64,000 nt of DNA from Chiloscyllium plagiosum (Eukaryota): contig NC_057719.1 of the NCBI RefSeq assembly GCF_004010195.1, forward strand, positions 44,309,054 to 44,373,053, read 5' to 3'. This document shows positions 39,531 to 53,013 of the stretch, piece after piece (position 1 is the first letter of the stretch; every line of letters starts with the position of its first letter). The translations under genes were made by a program, and so were the position numbers. The notes beneath the pieces were generated by a model. The model saw only the letters and a list, made by a program, of their open reading frames with translations. It had not been told where the DNA came from and did no database searches.

Positions 39531-41826
39531 CACTGATATTTTGATACATGCTAAAGATTAAACATAAAATACTGTAAATACTCAGTGGATCAAGTAGCAT
39601 CTGTGGAGAATGTTTCTAGTCAATAACTCTTCATTAGCACTGCATCAAGTGTCCTCCCAATAACAATTTATCTGCCCAGAAGCTGCCTGAAGTGTTGGAT
39701 TTTAAGATTGTACAGTTAACTCTGGTAAGATCACAATTCATAAATAGTGCTACATAATTAAAGGTTAGTTTAATAAGTGCCGAAAGGAAACCAACTATGT
39801 ATACATAGCACCAATGACCTAATGAAACATCTCACGGCACTTATTATAATTGCAGTGAAAATGGATCATCAATTAACTTTCACAATTGGACTTTAAAATA
39901 CCAGAAAATTTCGTGGACTTAAGTTTAAAAAGGACAAATCTTTAGCTAAAACAGATGCTGTAATCTCCTGAATAAATTGAGCCAAGCTCAGAAGCCCATC
40001 AATAAACAGGGGTACCCTGAAAAGAACATTGAAACTCAATGCATATCTTCCAGTTTATTCACATCTTTCTGGAAACTTTACATTGGGATGAAAGGTTATA
40101 TACAGAGTACTCAGCTTGGGAAAGCCAAGAACAGACTCAGGAAAATAAAGATGGACTGTTATCAAGTTTGAATGAGCATTTTCTTTCATTCAATAGCACC
40201 TTGGAATTGACTCTTCATTTTTGACCTGGATAACTAAGTTTAATTGAAGCTTGACAAGCTTTGTGCTAAAACTGGAAAATAACATTTTTGTTGCGACTGA
40301 TTACAATTGGATTCTCAGCAATAGAAGAGAGATAAGGAAGAAGAGATTTTTGAACAAGAACTGAAAGCCTCTCTTTAAACCTCAAGTTCAGACACTAGCT
40401 GATTAAAAAGAACTTGGGATAATAGCAATGATTCAATTAGGATAGGATTTTGAGACACCTGCAGTTTTATTATTATGGAGAAAATAAAATCACAGCTGAA
40501 TAGTTGGACTCAGGTCTTTTTATTCTTACCTCACAAAGACTCTAAACTAAATTGCAACTTCCCTTACCTGTTATCTGTACCAAATACCTGCCCCCATCAT
40601 GCCCATTACTTTGTAAACTGTGTTTTTGTGTTTGCTGTCACATTTTACCTTTGTCCTTTCAGGTAATAAAACTGCATTCTCTTTCTTCAATGATACCTTG
40701 GAAATGATTCCCATTCATTTTTGATCTGGCTCACTAAATTTAATTAAAGCGTGTTAGCTCTGTGCTAAAAGGGAAAAAAGAAGACATTTGTTGCAACTGA
40801 TTGCAATAGGATTTTGAAAAAAAAGACCAGCTGTGATCCCTCCTCAGCTGGTTGAACCATAGGAACATAATAAAACAAAATAGGAAACTGAACTACATCA
40901 GGCAGTTGGTCAGATGACGAAAAGCACAGATGTCATTGAATCGTAAAGGAGGACTTGTGTGTGTGTGTTTGGGGAGGTGGGGAGAGAAGAGCTGTAGGAA
41001 GGTTATTCCTAGCTTTGGAACTATGCAGCTGAATATCTCAGAAAGTTATGGGGCTAAAGGAGGCAATATAGATATACTGGAGCAAGATGGTGAAGGAATT
41101 TAAAATAATGATGAGAATTTTAAAATCAAGATATTGTTTTACTGGGACTTAGTGTAGAGGAATGATAAGGAAATAAGTCTCAGGCAGTTAAAATGATGCC
41201 CACAGAGATTTAGGTAGCCACAAGCTTACTGAGTGTAGACTGTGAAAGACCAGCCAGTAGGAGATTGGAAAAGTCCACTCTAGAGATTACAAAGGCATAA
41301 GAGGTTCAGAAGCAGACAAACTGAGACAGGGCCAAAGTAGGGCATGGTTACAGAAGTGGAAATAGGCAGACTTAGTGATGGCACAAATGTAAGGTCTGTA
41401 GCTAATCTTGCAATTATATGTGACAATCAGGAGCAGGGGTCAAAAGCAGCATCTTGAGCTGTCCCATTATTTAATTGGAGGATATTTCTGCTCATCTAGT
41501 TTTGATTGTTAGATAAGCAACCTGATAATTTAGCAACAATGTGGTGTCATGAGAGAAATAAATAAACTCAAGGTGGCTTTAGAATCCTCAACAAGTGGGT
41601 TGTAGCAGAACTTTACAAAATTGTGTTTTAATAGATAAATAATTTGAGTTATTCTTTTCATTTTTCCATTTCAACAGTTCAAGATCTTCCTAACCTCTTT
41701 TCTAATATACCCACTGTACCTCTGGAAAGAATTCAAAACAAATTTTTTGGAATGAGAAACATTTTGCAATGCCCTGAAGAGTAATGATGAGTATTGGGTA
41801 TTTTATATCATTAATAAAATACATGT

Positions 41827-42009
41827 TATTGCTGAAAAAAAGGCAAATATTGTTAAAGTTTTCATCTTGCACTGCTCATGACAATTCACAATCAGCACTG
41901 TCATCTCATACAGTATCAATGTTGTTTTTCCTTTAATTTAGCATTTATTATTTAGTCCTGATGCGTGCAAAACAAAACGCTTTGACAAATATATATTTCT
42001 TTAGCAATA
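41827..42009. mobile_element. Old inverted-repeat element with decayed hammerhead motifs, family D
   Basis: Arms about 41827-41884 and 41953-42009 are imperfect inverted copies. The right arm reads GTC-CTGATGC-GTGCAAAAC-AAAA..TT-GAC. Confidence 0.55.
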
Positions 42010-42673
42010 CTCAATTCTGAACTACTGGTCGACAATTTAAAATACGTAATTCAACATGTGTGCACAATGATTATATATATAATATTAAAGGAATGCGCTT
42101 CACTGGGCTGAATGATAATTTTTCGATCCTACTTTTCATATTTTTCTAGACAACTCTTAAACACATTAAAATACATTCTCAAGTTTGTGTACAGGAACTG
42201 AAATTCTCACTCTTAATCAGTATTGGAGGGAGGATATGTAGAAAAGATCCAAGAGGGACTGACAGTAGTGATTGCAATGGGTTCAGCCAGGTGGACCTCA
42301 TAGAACAGGACTTCCCTGACTGGACCAAATTAACAGCCTCAGTCAGGGAGCTCTGGCTGACAGAAACAAACATGAAAGTCAAAGGTTTTGTTCACTCTTG
42401 AGACGTGGCTCTGAGGAAGCTGGATTAGTGTCAAGGACTTTTCACACGTGAATAATGGGTGACTTGGTGACAGGATGCTGCCTCTATGGAATTATTTCAC
42501 GGACTCTTCAATTAGACTTGTTAAAAATCAACTGGAAAGAATGAGTATCTAATTTTTGCTTATATAGTGAAGTTTGGATAGGCCGGATAAATTATGCAGT
42601 TTTTCTGATGCAAACGAATTTCAATTGAGTCCAGCATTGAATAGTTTAACAATAATCATCATTTTTCACTTTA

Positions 42674-43018
<345 letters not shown>

Positions 43019-44240
43019 TCATATAGAATAAGACAAGAGACCTTTTGGTAAATTTGCATACAATCTGACAAAACAAAACAAGAATCTCACACTTCAAAAA
43101 GAAAATAAAAACCACCGAAAGACCAAGATTGAACCGTTCCTTTATGGAGGTAAATTTAGGCCATTTCTTATTACTAGGACGAAAGTGGTATCGCAAGAGC
43201 ACATCAAACCAGTATTATGGTAGTCTTTGTTCTAATTTTCCTAACAAATAATAAAAGCAACCACATAAATATTTTCATTACTTCACACACGTCTGATTTG
43301 GAATCATATTGCCAGTCTTTCATTCTTGAAGTGCAAAAATCCTGGCACTCTTCATAACAGCACTGTCCTTGTACTCACTGGTTTGCAGTGGTTATGGAGG
43401 TGGGAGAGATAGGGCCCAGTCAGACAGAATGACAGGAAGTCATAGGGATGAATAACAGTATGCTCAGGAGAAAAAAAAGAAAAGCTGATAAGGGCAATTA
43501 AAGCAACAAAGGTTGGTCTTGTTACTAACGTCCACATCCCAAAGAAGGTGGCATTCCAACCTGATTTCAAAACCATCAACTCAACAACTTATCTATTAGC
43601 TTTCTGTCCTTGCAATCTACCAGCTACTATCCCCATAGAAAGTTCTTGACCAAATTGTCAAAAATCTACTGTTATGTTCTTATTCTTTTTTGCACCCCCA
43701 ACTTCCTCCACGCAGAGCCCCTATCCCTCCAATCTAGGGTCTATATTTCTGTATCCTGCCACATGTCCAAACATCCTTCATTCTGACTTTCCCAACAGCC
43801 TCTTTCCTGCCTGACCTCTAATGTTTCAATCCCCACACCCTACCCCAGCCTTTCACTTTTCCTAATCCCCATTTAATAATCCTTCTCTTGTCATAACTCC
43901 TTCTGTTCCAAATGAATCTATTGTCACACTCCTGAATTCCAGTTTCCTACAATCTAGTCCACTGATCTGGTAGACGTCCACAGGAAGAATTCCCTGGCTG
44001 GGAAGTGTAGAAATGGGGTTATAAAAAGTATGGGTGCAAGCACCACCCACAATCACCAATAAAATTAATACAACTGTCCCCACTCAGCTCAGCAAGAACT
44101 TACTGGCAAGTTTGAACAAGTCTGTCAGTGAATTACAGACCTCAATATTGGCATCTCAGATCGCCAGAAGCTACAGGCCAATCAGAGTTTCTGGTTCCAA
44201 AAGTCCTCTGGCTGAGGCCTATTCCTCAGAGGATTAAGTT

Positions 44241-44402
44241 GAAAATCACACAACACCAGGTTATAGGTCCAACAGGTTTATTTGGACGAAGGAGCAGCGC
44301 TCCAAAGGCTTGTACTTCCAAAAAACCTGGTGTATTATAACTTGGTGTCATGAGATTTTTAACTTTATCCACCCCAGTCCAACGCGAGCACCTCCACATC
44401 AT
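44241..44402 (+). mobile_element. Family-B inverted-repeat mini-element (truncated hammerhead)
   Basis: Same arms and tail as 38116-38287; GACGA-A-GGAGC agc GCTCC-AAAG-GC-TT. Confidence 0.75.
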
Positions 44403-44404
44403 GG

Positions 44405-44722
44405 CAACCAGTTCTCTATCAATGTCAATACATTACCTCAGATATCATAGCTTTAATTTTCCTTACAAATTTCCTGTGTGGAACCTTGTCAAAAGCCTTT
44501 TGAAAGTCCAGATGCACAACATCTACTGATTCACCATTGTCTACTCTACTGGCCACATCCTCAAAAAAGTCCAGAAGATTTGTCAAGCGTAAAATCCCTT
44601 TAGTGAATCCATGCTGACTAGGACCAATTTTGTCACTGCTTTCCAAATACTTAGTTATTACATCCTTAATGACTGACTCCAGCATTTTCCCCACCACCGA
44701 TGTCAGGTTAACCAGCCTATAT
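44405..44722 (-). mobile_element. CR1 RT fragment
   Basis: YRLVNLTSVVGKMLESVIK..QHGF..LDFQKAFDKVPH. Confidence 0.9.
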
Positions 44723-44805
44723 TGTATCCCATCCCTGGTATGATTCTGAAACAGCTTTATCCAGAACCACAAAGGAGATCCTCTGTAACAAACACAAGAG
44801 GAACG

Positions 44806-44937
44806 CTGAAGAAAAGTCACAATGGACTCAAAACTATTAAGTTTTTTCCTCCACACATGCTGTCAGATCCACTGAGTTTCTCAAGTATTTTCTGAGTTTG
44901 TTTCAGATTTCTAGTATCTGCAGTATTTTGATTTTAT
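44806..44937 (+). mobile_element. Decayed family-C-like hammerhead repeat
   Basis: CTGAAGA-A-AAGTC acaatg GACTC-AAAA, plus an ATGCTGTCAGATCCACTGAG..TCTGCAGTATTTTG tail. Confidence 0.55.
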
Positions 44938-47111
44938 TCAAATCGCATCTTCTGTAGCTGGGATTGTGATGATATTTCCCTTCTTATCACCTCTGCAGCC
45001 TTTGACAAAGTCCACCATTCTATTCCAACATGTGTTCTCTGTTATACAGCTGCTGTCATTTAACTCCATTTTTACAGCCACAGGATTGCTAGCAAAAATA
45101 CATATTCTTATCTCTGCCCAATTTCCTCTATAATACCCCAAACAGTTATCCTTGACATTTTCCTCTTTGTACAAGTTTCTACAAGTTTCCTCTTCACAAA
45201 ATGTGATGAAATAGGGCAAAATGTTTACTGATTGGACCTGCATGGACGTTTCCCTGTATGGTGGAATTTCCAACTCCATTGCAGTGCCAATGATGACTTG
45301 ACAGTCACCTCAGCAGGTAACTATATGACAGGAATGTTAGTGCCAATGAGAATTAGGTATGGTTAGATCAGGGAAGATGATCACAAAGGAACATACTGTC
45401 TTCATTAAAAGACAGCCTTAGCTAAGATAAGTAAACGGAAAAAGAAAATTAAGAGCTCATAAAGCTAAGTTCTCACATTATGCTTAATAGGAAAATATGA
45501 CTAATACTTCACAATACACAGAATTATGATATTTCATGGAGATAATCCTTTACTAAAGACTGCATCAAGATATATACAATGTTTAAACTGAATATCACAA
45601 AATAAATATAATATGTACACTTTATGACCAGAGGTTGTCAAATATTTTACATATTTTCTTTAATTATTGGCTACCTCTTATAATTGACTTAGAATTATGA
45701 AGCAAAAACACCATTTTCTCCAGCAAACTACTTCCTTCAAGAGATTTTTTGGCTCGTCAAAGTGATTTTTGCTTATGACAATGACAAGATGATGAAGGAG
45801 AATATATTATGCTTTGTAAAGGGCAGATCGCATTTCCTTGTTGTAACAATTATAGATGTTATGATTAATTTTGGTGTTTTAGATCAGTATCATTTTGACC
45901 TTCCTTGTATTCTAAAACTGACATAACATGGAATGACAGGCCGTTTCCACAATTAGTATTATAAGTTTCAGCATACATCTCGCACTTGAATTAAATATTT
46001 GTAAAAACATGTGGAACACAAAACAGAAATCTGAAGCCCACAAACTAAAAACATATCAGTTTTGTACAAAAGGTGGCTAATTAGACTAATCCAGGAAATT
46101 GAAATGATACAAAGGCAGTATTTCTAGTGCGAGGGGGTAAAATAAGGCCATGTAATAGAATATAAATTAACTTAAAAATTAGATGTATCTTGAAAATCCC
46201 TAGAGATGTTACATTTCTTAACATGGAGAGAGAGAACAAAAAGTGAAAAGAATCACACATGGAACTCAGAATACCAGGAGTGTGGATGAGAATGGAGGAT
46301 ATTTCTTTCCTCAGCATTGGCATTTCCCCTCAATAAGCAAATTATCTACTTTTATGCGCAATAGAAAGTATAAAGTGCAACAACTTAGATTTTCATTACC
46401 CGTTTAATGTAGTAAAACATTCCAATGTGCTTAACAAGATCATTATCAATAAAAATATTTTTTAACCAAGCCACATGAGAACAAGGAATACTGAATACAT
46501 TTTTATGTATTCTCATTTTTCCTCACCACAAACTCTTACATTTTCCACAGCAAATAAATTAGTTGATCTCCCAATGTTGCTCTGTTTGGAATTAGCTTTT
46601 TTTATTCCCTAAGTACCAATCCATTAACTGTGATTCTCCTAATACCATGTAAATTACCGGTGTGAATCTGAAATCCTACTGATTCACCATAAAACACTAA
46701 TTTGTGTTGCGCTGCTGCATCTGTCTTACAGTTCTATGCTGAGATGCTTCCAGTTAGTTTATGTTTTAGACTCCAAAACAGTTATCTTAAGTTTTATGTC
46801 TCATTAAGCAAGTGACTGATCACAAATGTTATGCCACAAAAGATATGGATATTTAAGACTCACATTTCAGCTTAACAATTTAACATTTTTTTATTTGTTC
46901 ATGGAATGTAGGCTAAGCCAGCATTTATTGCCAATTCCTACTTAGGATTGAGAAAGTGGTGGTGAGCTTTTCCTGAACTGCTGCAGTCTTTGGGATGTGG
47001 GGACACCCTACAATACTGCTCAGAAGGAAGTTTAGGGTTTTGACCCAGTGACAGTGAAGGAACGGCAAGATAGTTCCAAGTCAGCTTGGAACTCAATTGT
47101 TAACAACACAG

Positions 47112-47652
47112 TGAGTTTTGAGAAGATTTATAGCTCAGGTTGAGGTTCTGGATGTAGGTTTGCTCGCTGAGCTGGAAGGTTCAATTTCAGACAATTTGTC
47201 ACCATACTAGGTAACATCATCAGTGCGCCCCCGGATGAAGCACTGTGGTATGGCCCACTTTTTATTTATGTGTTTAGGTTTCCTTGGGTTGGTGATGTCA
47301 TTTCCTGTGGCAACATCATTTCTTGTGGTGACATCATTTCCTGTTCTTTTTCTCAGGAGGCAGTAAATCCTAGGACAAGCCAAACAGAGACACACGCGAG
47401 AATTCCTTAAAACATGGCATTCCAACTGGAACTCTATCAACAAACATAATGACTTTGATCCCATTTACCGACCCTGAGAAAAAGAACAGGAAATGATGTC
47501 ACCACAAGAAATGACGTCACCAACCCAAGGAAACCTAAACACAAATAAAAAGTGGGCCATACCACCGCTGCTTCATCCAGAGGCTCACTGATGATGTTAC
47601 CTAGTATGGTGACAAATCGTCTGAAACCGAACCTTCCAGCTCAGCGAGCAAA
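47112..47652 (+). mobile_element. 5'-truncated Penelope insertion with inverted pseudo-LTRs, family E
   Basis: Arms 47159-47368 and 47463-47652. The spacer encodes ILGQAKQRHTREFLKTWHSNWNSINKHNDFDPIY (GIY-YIG C-terminus). Perfect 13-bp TSD GTTAACAACACAG (47099-47111 / 47653-47665). Confidence 0.9.
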
Positions 47653-48004
47653 GTTAACAACACAGCTAAAATTAGCCAACTTTAACTTAGAATTCTACTA
47701 ACTGAGTGGAATTAAAATAAATATTCACATAACTAAAATAATCATAATCAAATAAAATAATCATGGCATTGATGCTTGACATCACAAGTAGTTCCTTGGG
47801 TTTTAAGTCATATAGATACAAGGGCAAAGGACAACAAGCTGTACATTTTACAACCAGCTATCAGAATAAATTTAGCATCAGGTTTGAAAGATGTTCTGCT
47901 TTAACAGCAAAATCCACCCACTGATTAAATTTATAACAGAACACAATGCTTCTTTACTGATGTGACACCATCTGTAGAAATCTTGCCTGCAGGAAAAGTT
48001 TTAA

Positions 48005-49100
48005 TGAATATATAAAATGGAAAAGGTGGGCTAAAGTGGACGTAGGTTCCTTGCAGGATGAGTAAGGGTAATTAATATTGGCTAATGCTAAAATGGCTGA
48101 GGCCTTGAATAACTATTTTGTATCAGTCTTCACAATGGAAGATGTGTCTAACATGCCAAAGAATGATGTTAAGGATACGATGTGAGGTAAGGACCTCAAT
48201 TCAATTGTTATCACTAAAGGGGTAGTGTTGAGCAAACTTGAGGGGCTAAAGGTAGATAAATCCCCTGGTCCTGATGGAATGCACCCTAGGGTGTCTGTGC
48301 AGAGGACGTGGAGGGTTTGCAGAGAGATTTAGATAGGTTAAGTGAGTGAGCCAGGATCTGGAAGATGGGAGTACAATGTTGATAAATGTGAAGTTCTCTA
48401 CTTTGGAAGGAAAAATAGCAGGTCAGAGTATTATTTAAATGATGAAAGAATGCAGCATTCTGTTGTGCAGAGGGACTTAGGCGTGCTCGTTCATGGATCA
48501 CTAAAAGTTGATTTGCAGGTGAAACAGGTAATCAGGAAGGCAAACAGAACATTGGCTTTCATTGCTGGAGAGATTGAATATAAGAGCAGGGAGATTCTGC
48601 TGTAATTGTACAAGGTGTTGGTGAGGCCGCACCTGAAGTATTGTGCGCTGTTCTGGTCTCCTTACTTGAGGAAGGATATACTGGCTTTGGAGGTGATACA
48701 GAGGTGGTTCACCAGGTTGATTTTGGAGATGAAACATATAAAATTATGAAAGGGATAGGTAAGATAGAGGCAAGCAAGTTATTTCTGCTAGTGGTTGAGA
48801 CTAGGGCTAGGGGACATGGCTTCGAGCTTAAGGGGAGTAGATTTAGGATAGAGATGAGGAGGAAACAGCTTTTCCCAGAGAGTAGTGAATCTACGGAATT
48901 CTCTGCCCAAGGAAGCAGTAGAGGCAGCTTCACTAATATATTTAAGACAGAGTTGGATGGGGTTTTGCATATTAGGGGAATTTCATGTTATGAGGATAAT
49001 GCAGGCAGGATGCGCTGAGGCGATGGAGAGATCAGCCATAATCTTAATGAATTGCGGAGCAGGCTCAACAGGTCAAATAGACTACTCCTGTTTCTATTAC
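48005..49100 (+). mobile_element. CR1 LINE with internal deletions
   Basis: KSPGPDGMHPRV joined directly to LQRDLDRLSE; NVDKCEVLYFG; typical 3' end. Confidence 0.85.
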
Positions 49101-51239
49101 TATGAACAGATGAAATTTGGCAGATTACAAACCTCCCATCAGTACACTGGCTCAGAAAGACAAAGTAAATATTGTTCTTCAGGAATTGAATCCATAGTTA
49201 GTTTCTTTGTATACAGTGTAAAGGAGGCAGTTATTGGCAAGTTATGCAACTAGATTTTAGCTACGAGTTTTGTGGCAACTAAGGATCAACAATTTGCACA
49301 TTGTAGAGCTAAAAGACAAGAAGCCTCCAGAGTTTGTAGTGCTTAAACTGCTGCTCTGTCACAAGCCAATGCTAAAATTAGACATTAAACACAAATACAA
49401 TACAGATTATGAAGTCATGATTTAGTGCAGTCCAATTTCAAATTCAGCTATTTTGAAAAGCTTCTTCCTTCTTCTGTTGAATCATTAAATATTATTTTTT
49501 GCACCCAATGTTAATACCAACCAATTTTACATCAAACAAATTGGAGTAAAACATTCAAATATTGTATGATGAACCTCAAACTAACCTGAGAAAATCATAC
49601 AATTTTAATATTTCTAGTTCCCAATTTCTACCCTGATCAGAGAGAACAGCTAGGTGGTAGACAGTATGTACCAGAATTCAGAAAGACATGCAATACTGTC
49701 ACAAAACATTACACAGGATACTCCCATAGGATTAATGGCAAACAGTTAGGTAAGCCTGAACTGTTATTGGAATATTTCTTTGCTTCCATAATGTTTGTTT
49801 CTTGCATATCTCCAATTTTCATTGCTCCATCTTTCAGGGCCACGCCTTTAGCAGACAATGGTCTAAGCTCTGGAATTTTAAATATGATTTCTCCTCACGT
49901 TTACAGATTTGATAAGAACGATTGTATACATTATAGTGGCATAAAATGTTCTATTGTAACACTGCAGTAAAGGATATTCATTTTTACAATGTTCGAAGTT
50001 AGTTTCTTATGATTTATTTGACCAACAAACTACATTGATTAATTTTCAGATTTACTTACAGGTTGCAAATACATTTACACTTTCTTGACGGTTACATGCC
50101 GAAACACAAAACAAGTAATCAATCTTTCATTTTACTCACTTTTAGAAACAGAAACAGTTGAATTCATGCTTAGTCTCTTGGTGCAGCTACGTAAAAATAT
50201 ACTTAGTAGTTCTTTGTAAGGAACTCATCTAATACATAGCTTTTGTTTTATGAAGCCAATAGTAAAGAATAAATCATAACAACACCTTCATATGCAATAT
50301 ACACCATGACCACAGCTTTTACTTTACATAAGTACTATTCTTGAATAAAATAAGTCTTTTTTCAGAACAGTCTCTATAATCAAACAATGATATGAACTAG
50401 AAAAGTGACGGTAGATTACTGTTCAATAACAACTTAATAGCAACAACAACTGTCCATGCATTTTAAGAGTAATGATATTAAAAATATTTTAAACATCCTC
50501 ATACTACTCTAAAAAATTTAAACAAAAATTATTAAGCAATGAAAACATGTAATGATTTCACAAGTGAACACTGCAGAATGTAATTAAAACCTGCAGTTTC
50601 ACCTTATGATGCCTATTAATAATGTGACATAGTTTTGACAAAAATAAACAGCAAAACCTAAATGTAAAAATCATGAATAGTCTGTCTTCTATATCCTGAA
50701 ATTACTGCTTACCTTCTGGATTTAACGTAAGCATGAGAATCAATGCAAAACTTGAATTATTCTAGTACACGGCAGATAAATTTGGTATCCAAGAAAAGCC
50801 GAAACAAAATGCTATCTTTAAAAAAAAGAGCATAACATGTCAGAAAGTAAATGATATAAAATAAAAGATCCCCTTTTCAGGATATACTTTAGATTGACAG
50901 TGTTTTTCAGGTAATGCATTTATTGAGTGATGCTGCGTATGCCATTTTATATTTGGTCACAACATTACAAGTCAAACACATACAGGCAATAATACTATGG
51001 GATAATGTAAATGCCTAAGCATTTTTGGAAGTCATATGACATAATTTGCACTCCTAAAGCACAGGAGAATCAAAAACAAGGAATGTACAGTATTTTGTTT
51101 GCAATTTGTTCTTGGAATGTGAGTGGCTGGGCAGGTAGCATAGTTTGAAACAGCAAAGATCTAGAGATCAGATAAGGTAGGGATGGCAAATTTTGTGTGT
51201 GTTTGTTTGTTTATTTGTGTACGCACACATAGGGAGGGG

Positions 51240-51948
51240 ATGGTCTAGGGTTTGGTCGTTGGACTCTTAATCCAGAACTCAAGTAATGTTGTGGGTGCCT
51301 GGGTTCAAATCCTGCCATGATAAATGGTGGAATTTGAATTCAATTTTAAAAATCTGAAATTAAGAATTTAGTAATGATCCTGAAACCATTATCGAATGTC
51401 AGGAAAAACCCATCTGGTTCCATTAATGTCCTCTGGGGAAAGAAACTGTCATCTTTACCTGATCTTAACAATACCTTGGTGGCAAGGTGGCTCAATAGTT
51501 AGCACAGCTGCCTCATAGCCAGGGACCCGGGTTCAATTCTACCCTTGGGCGACTATATGGAGTTGCACATTCTCCCATGTCTACGTGGGTTTCCTCCAGG
51601 TGCTCCAGTTTCCTTCTCAGAATCCAAAAATGTGCAGATTGGGTCGTTTGACCATGCTAAATTGCCCATAGTATCTAGGGATGTGCAGGCTAGGTGGATT
51701 AGCCATAGGAAATACAGGGTTACAGGGATTGGGGAGTTGCCTTGTGGGTATCCTTGGAGGGTTGGTGTGGACTCGATGGGTTGGATGGCCTGCTTCCACA
51801 TTGTAGGGATTCTATTTCATGATTCTGCATGTGACTTCAGGACTACAGCAAGGTGGTTGACTCTTAACTACCCTCTGTGCAATTAGGGATGAGCAATTAA
51901 TGCTGGCCTAGCCAGCAAGACCCATATCATGCAAATTAATTTTTAAAA
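51240..51948 (+). mobile_element. tRNA-derived SINE interrupted by an HE1-type SINE (about 51478-51825)
   Basis: Outer B-box GGGTTCAAATCC at about 51301. Inner element GGTGGCTCAATAG..GGGTTCAATTC with a CR1-like tail. The outer element resumes at about 51826. Confidence 0.75.
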
Positions 51949-52174
51949 AGTTGGGTTTACAATCTTGGCTTTTGCTTTCTGACAATGCATGCTGGTCAGT
52001 CCATTTAAACATCCAAATCTCATTATTGTATTGCAATGCAATGCACAATAAATACTGTAGAGCCTACAATGGCTAGTTGTAGCCTTTCTTAGTAAAAGGA
52101 TTTTAATCTAACTTCTATTTTTAGGGTCTGTCATAGTTGTGTTTTAATCACTGGTTGTAGTAACTTGGATACAA

Positions 52175-52259
52175 AAGGGCTTATGTCTGAAACGTCAATT
52201 CTCCTGCTCCTCGGATGCTGCCTGACCTGTTGTGCTTTTCCAGCACCACACTCTCAACT
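52175..52259 (+). mobile_element. Family-A hammerhead repeat, 5'-truncated
   Basis: AGGGC ttat GTCT-GAAA-CG-TC plus the family tail. Confidence 0.75.
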
Positions 52260-52395
52260 ACATAGTGATCTGTTTGCTTCACAACATAGTTTTGTTCTTT
52301 TTGGCATAAAAGTGTTAAAAACCGTCTTATGTAGACTAGCACTCATAGTATCAACATAGTCCATGGCAGAACTTTCCATCTTACTTGGTTTCCAG

Positions 52396-53013
52396 TGTGA
52401 CAATACTATGGCTTTGAGAGGTGTATTTTGTCCTGTTCTTTTTTTTATTATGAAGTTGAGACAGAGATTATGAGTGGTCTGTTCCAAGCTAATAAACAAG
52501 CTTGGGGTTTTAGAAAAAGCTGGAACAATAGAAGCAGCTTGAATAGGTGAAATCAGGTTCCCACAGAACCAAGGTTTTAGTTCAGCTTTTAGAGGATGTT
52601 AGATGTTTTTGGAAGCTCATTGCCAAAGCTGCTACATCTGTCTCTCTTTGCTATAACTAAAAGCTGGAGTTCTGTGTTGCCAGAATTACATGTGAGACAA
52701 TCTCTTTTACTGAATTTGCCTTTGTCAAAAGGGGTGTTTATGGGATGTTACTACATTAGAACAGTTGCTGTTTAGTAGTTAAATAATCTATTATTCTGTT
52801 AAGGTTTCTAATAGAATTAAGATATTCCAAATTCTTCTTTGTTTTGTTTGCATTTTAATTAGAAGGTAAGAATAAACTATGTTTTGCTTAAAGCCACATA
52901 GTGCAATTAATCAAATTACATCTGGATATACAGCACCTTACACTTGCCTTTAAATAAACTAAATATTCGGGCCTAGGCTATCTCTTTGATGTATTTGAGG
53001 GGTGTCCATAACA
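52396..53013 (+). mobile_element. Solo LTR
   Basis: TGT...ACA termini, 618 bp, flanked by 4-bp TSD CCAG (52392-52395 / 53014-53017); internal AATAAA near 52872. Confidence 0.75.

Noticed and set aside
47295..47345. Short direct repeats suggestive of a CRISPR-like array
   Set aside because: Contiguous approximately 18-bp subrepeats without spacers, inside a Penelope pseudo-LTR in eukaryotic DNA.
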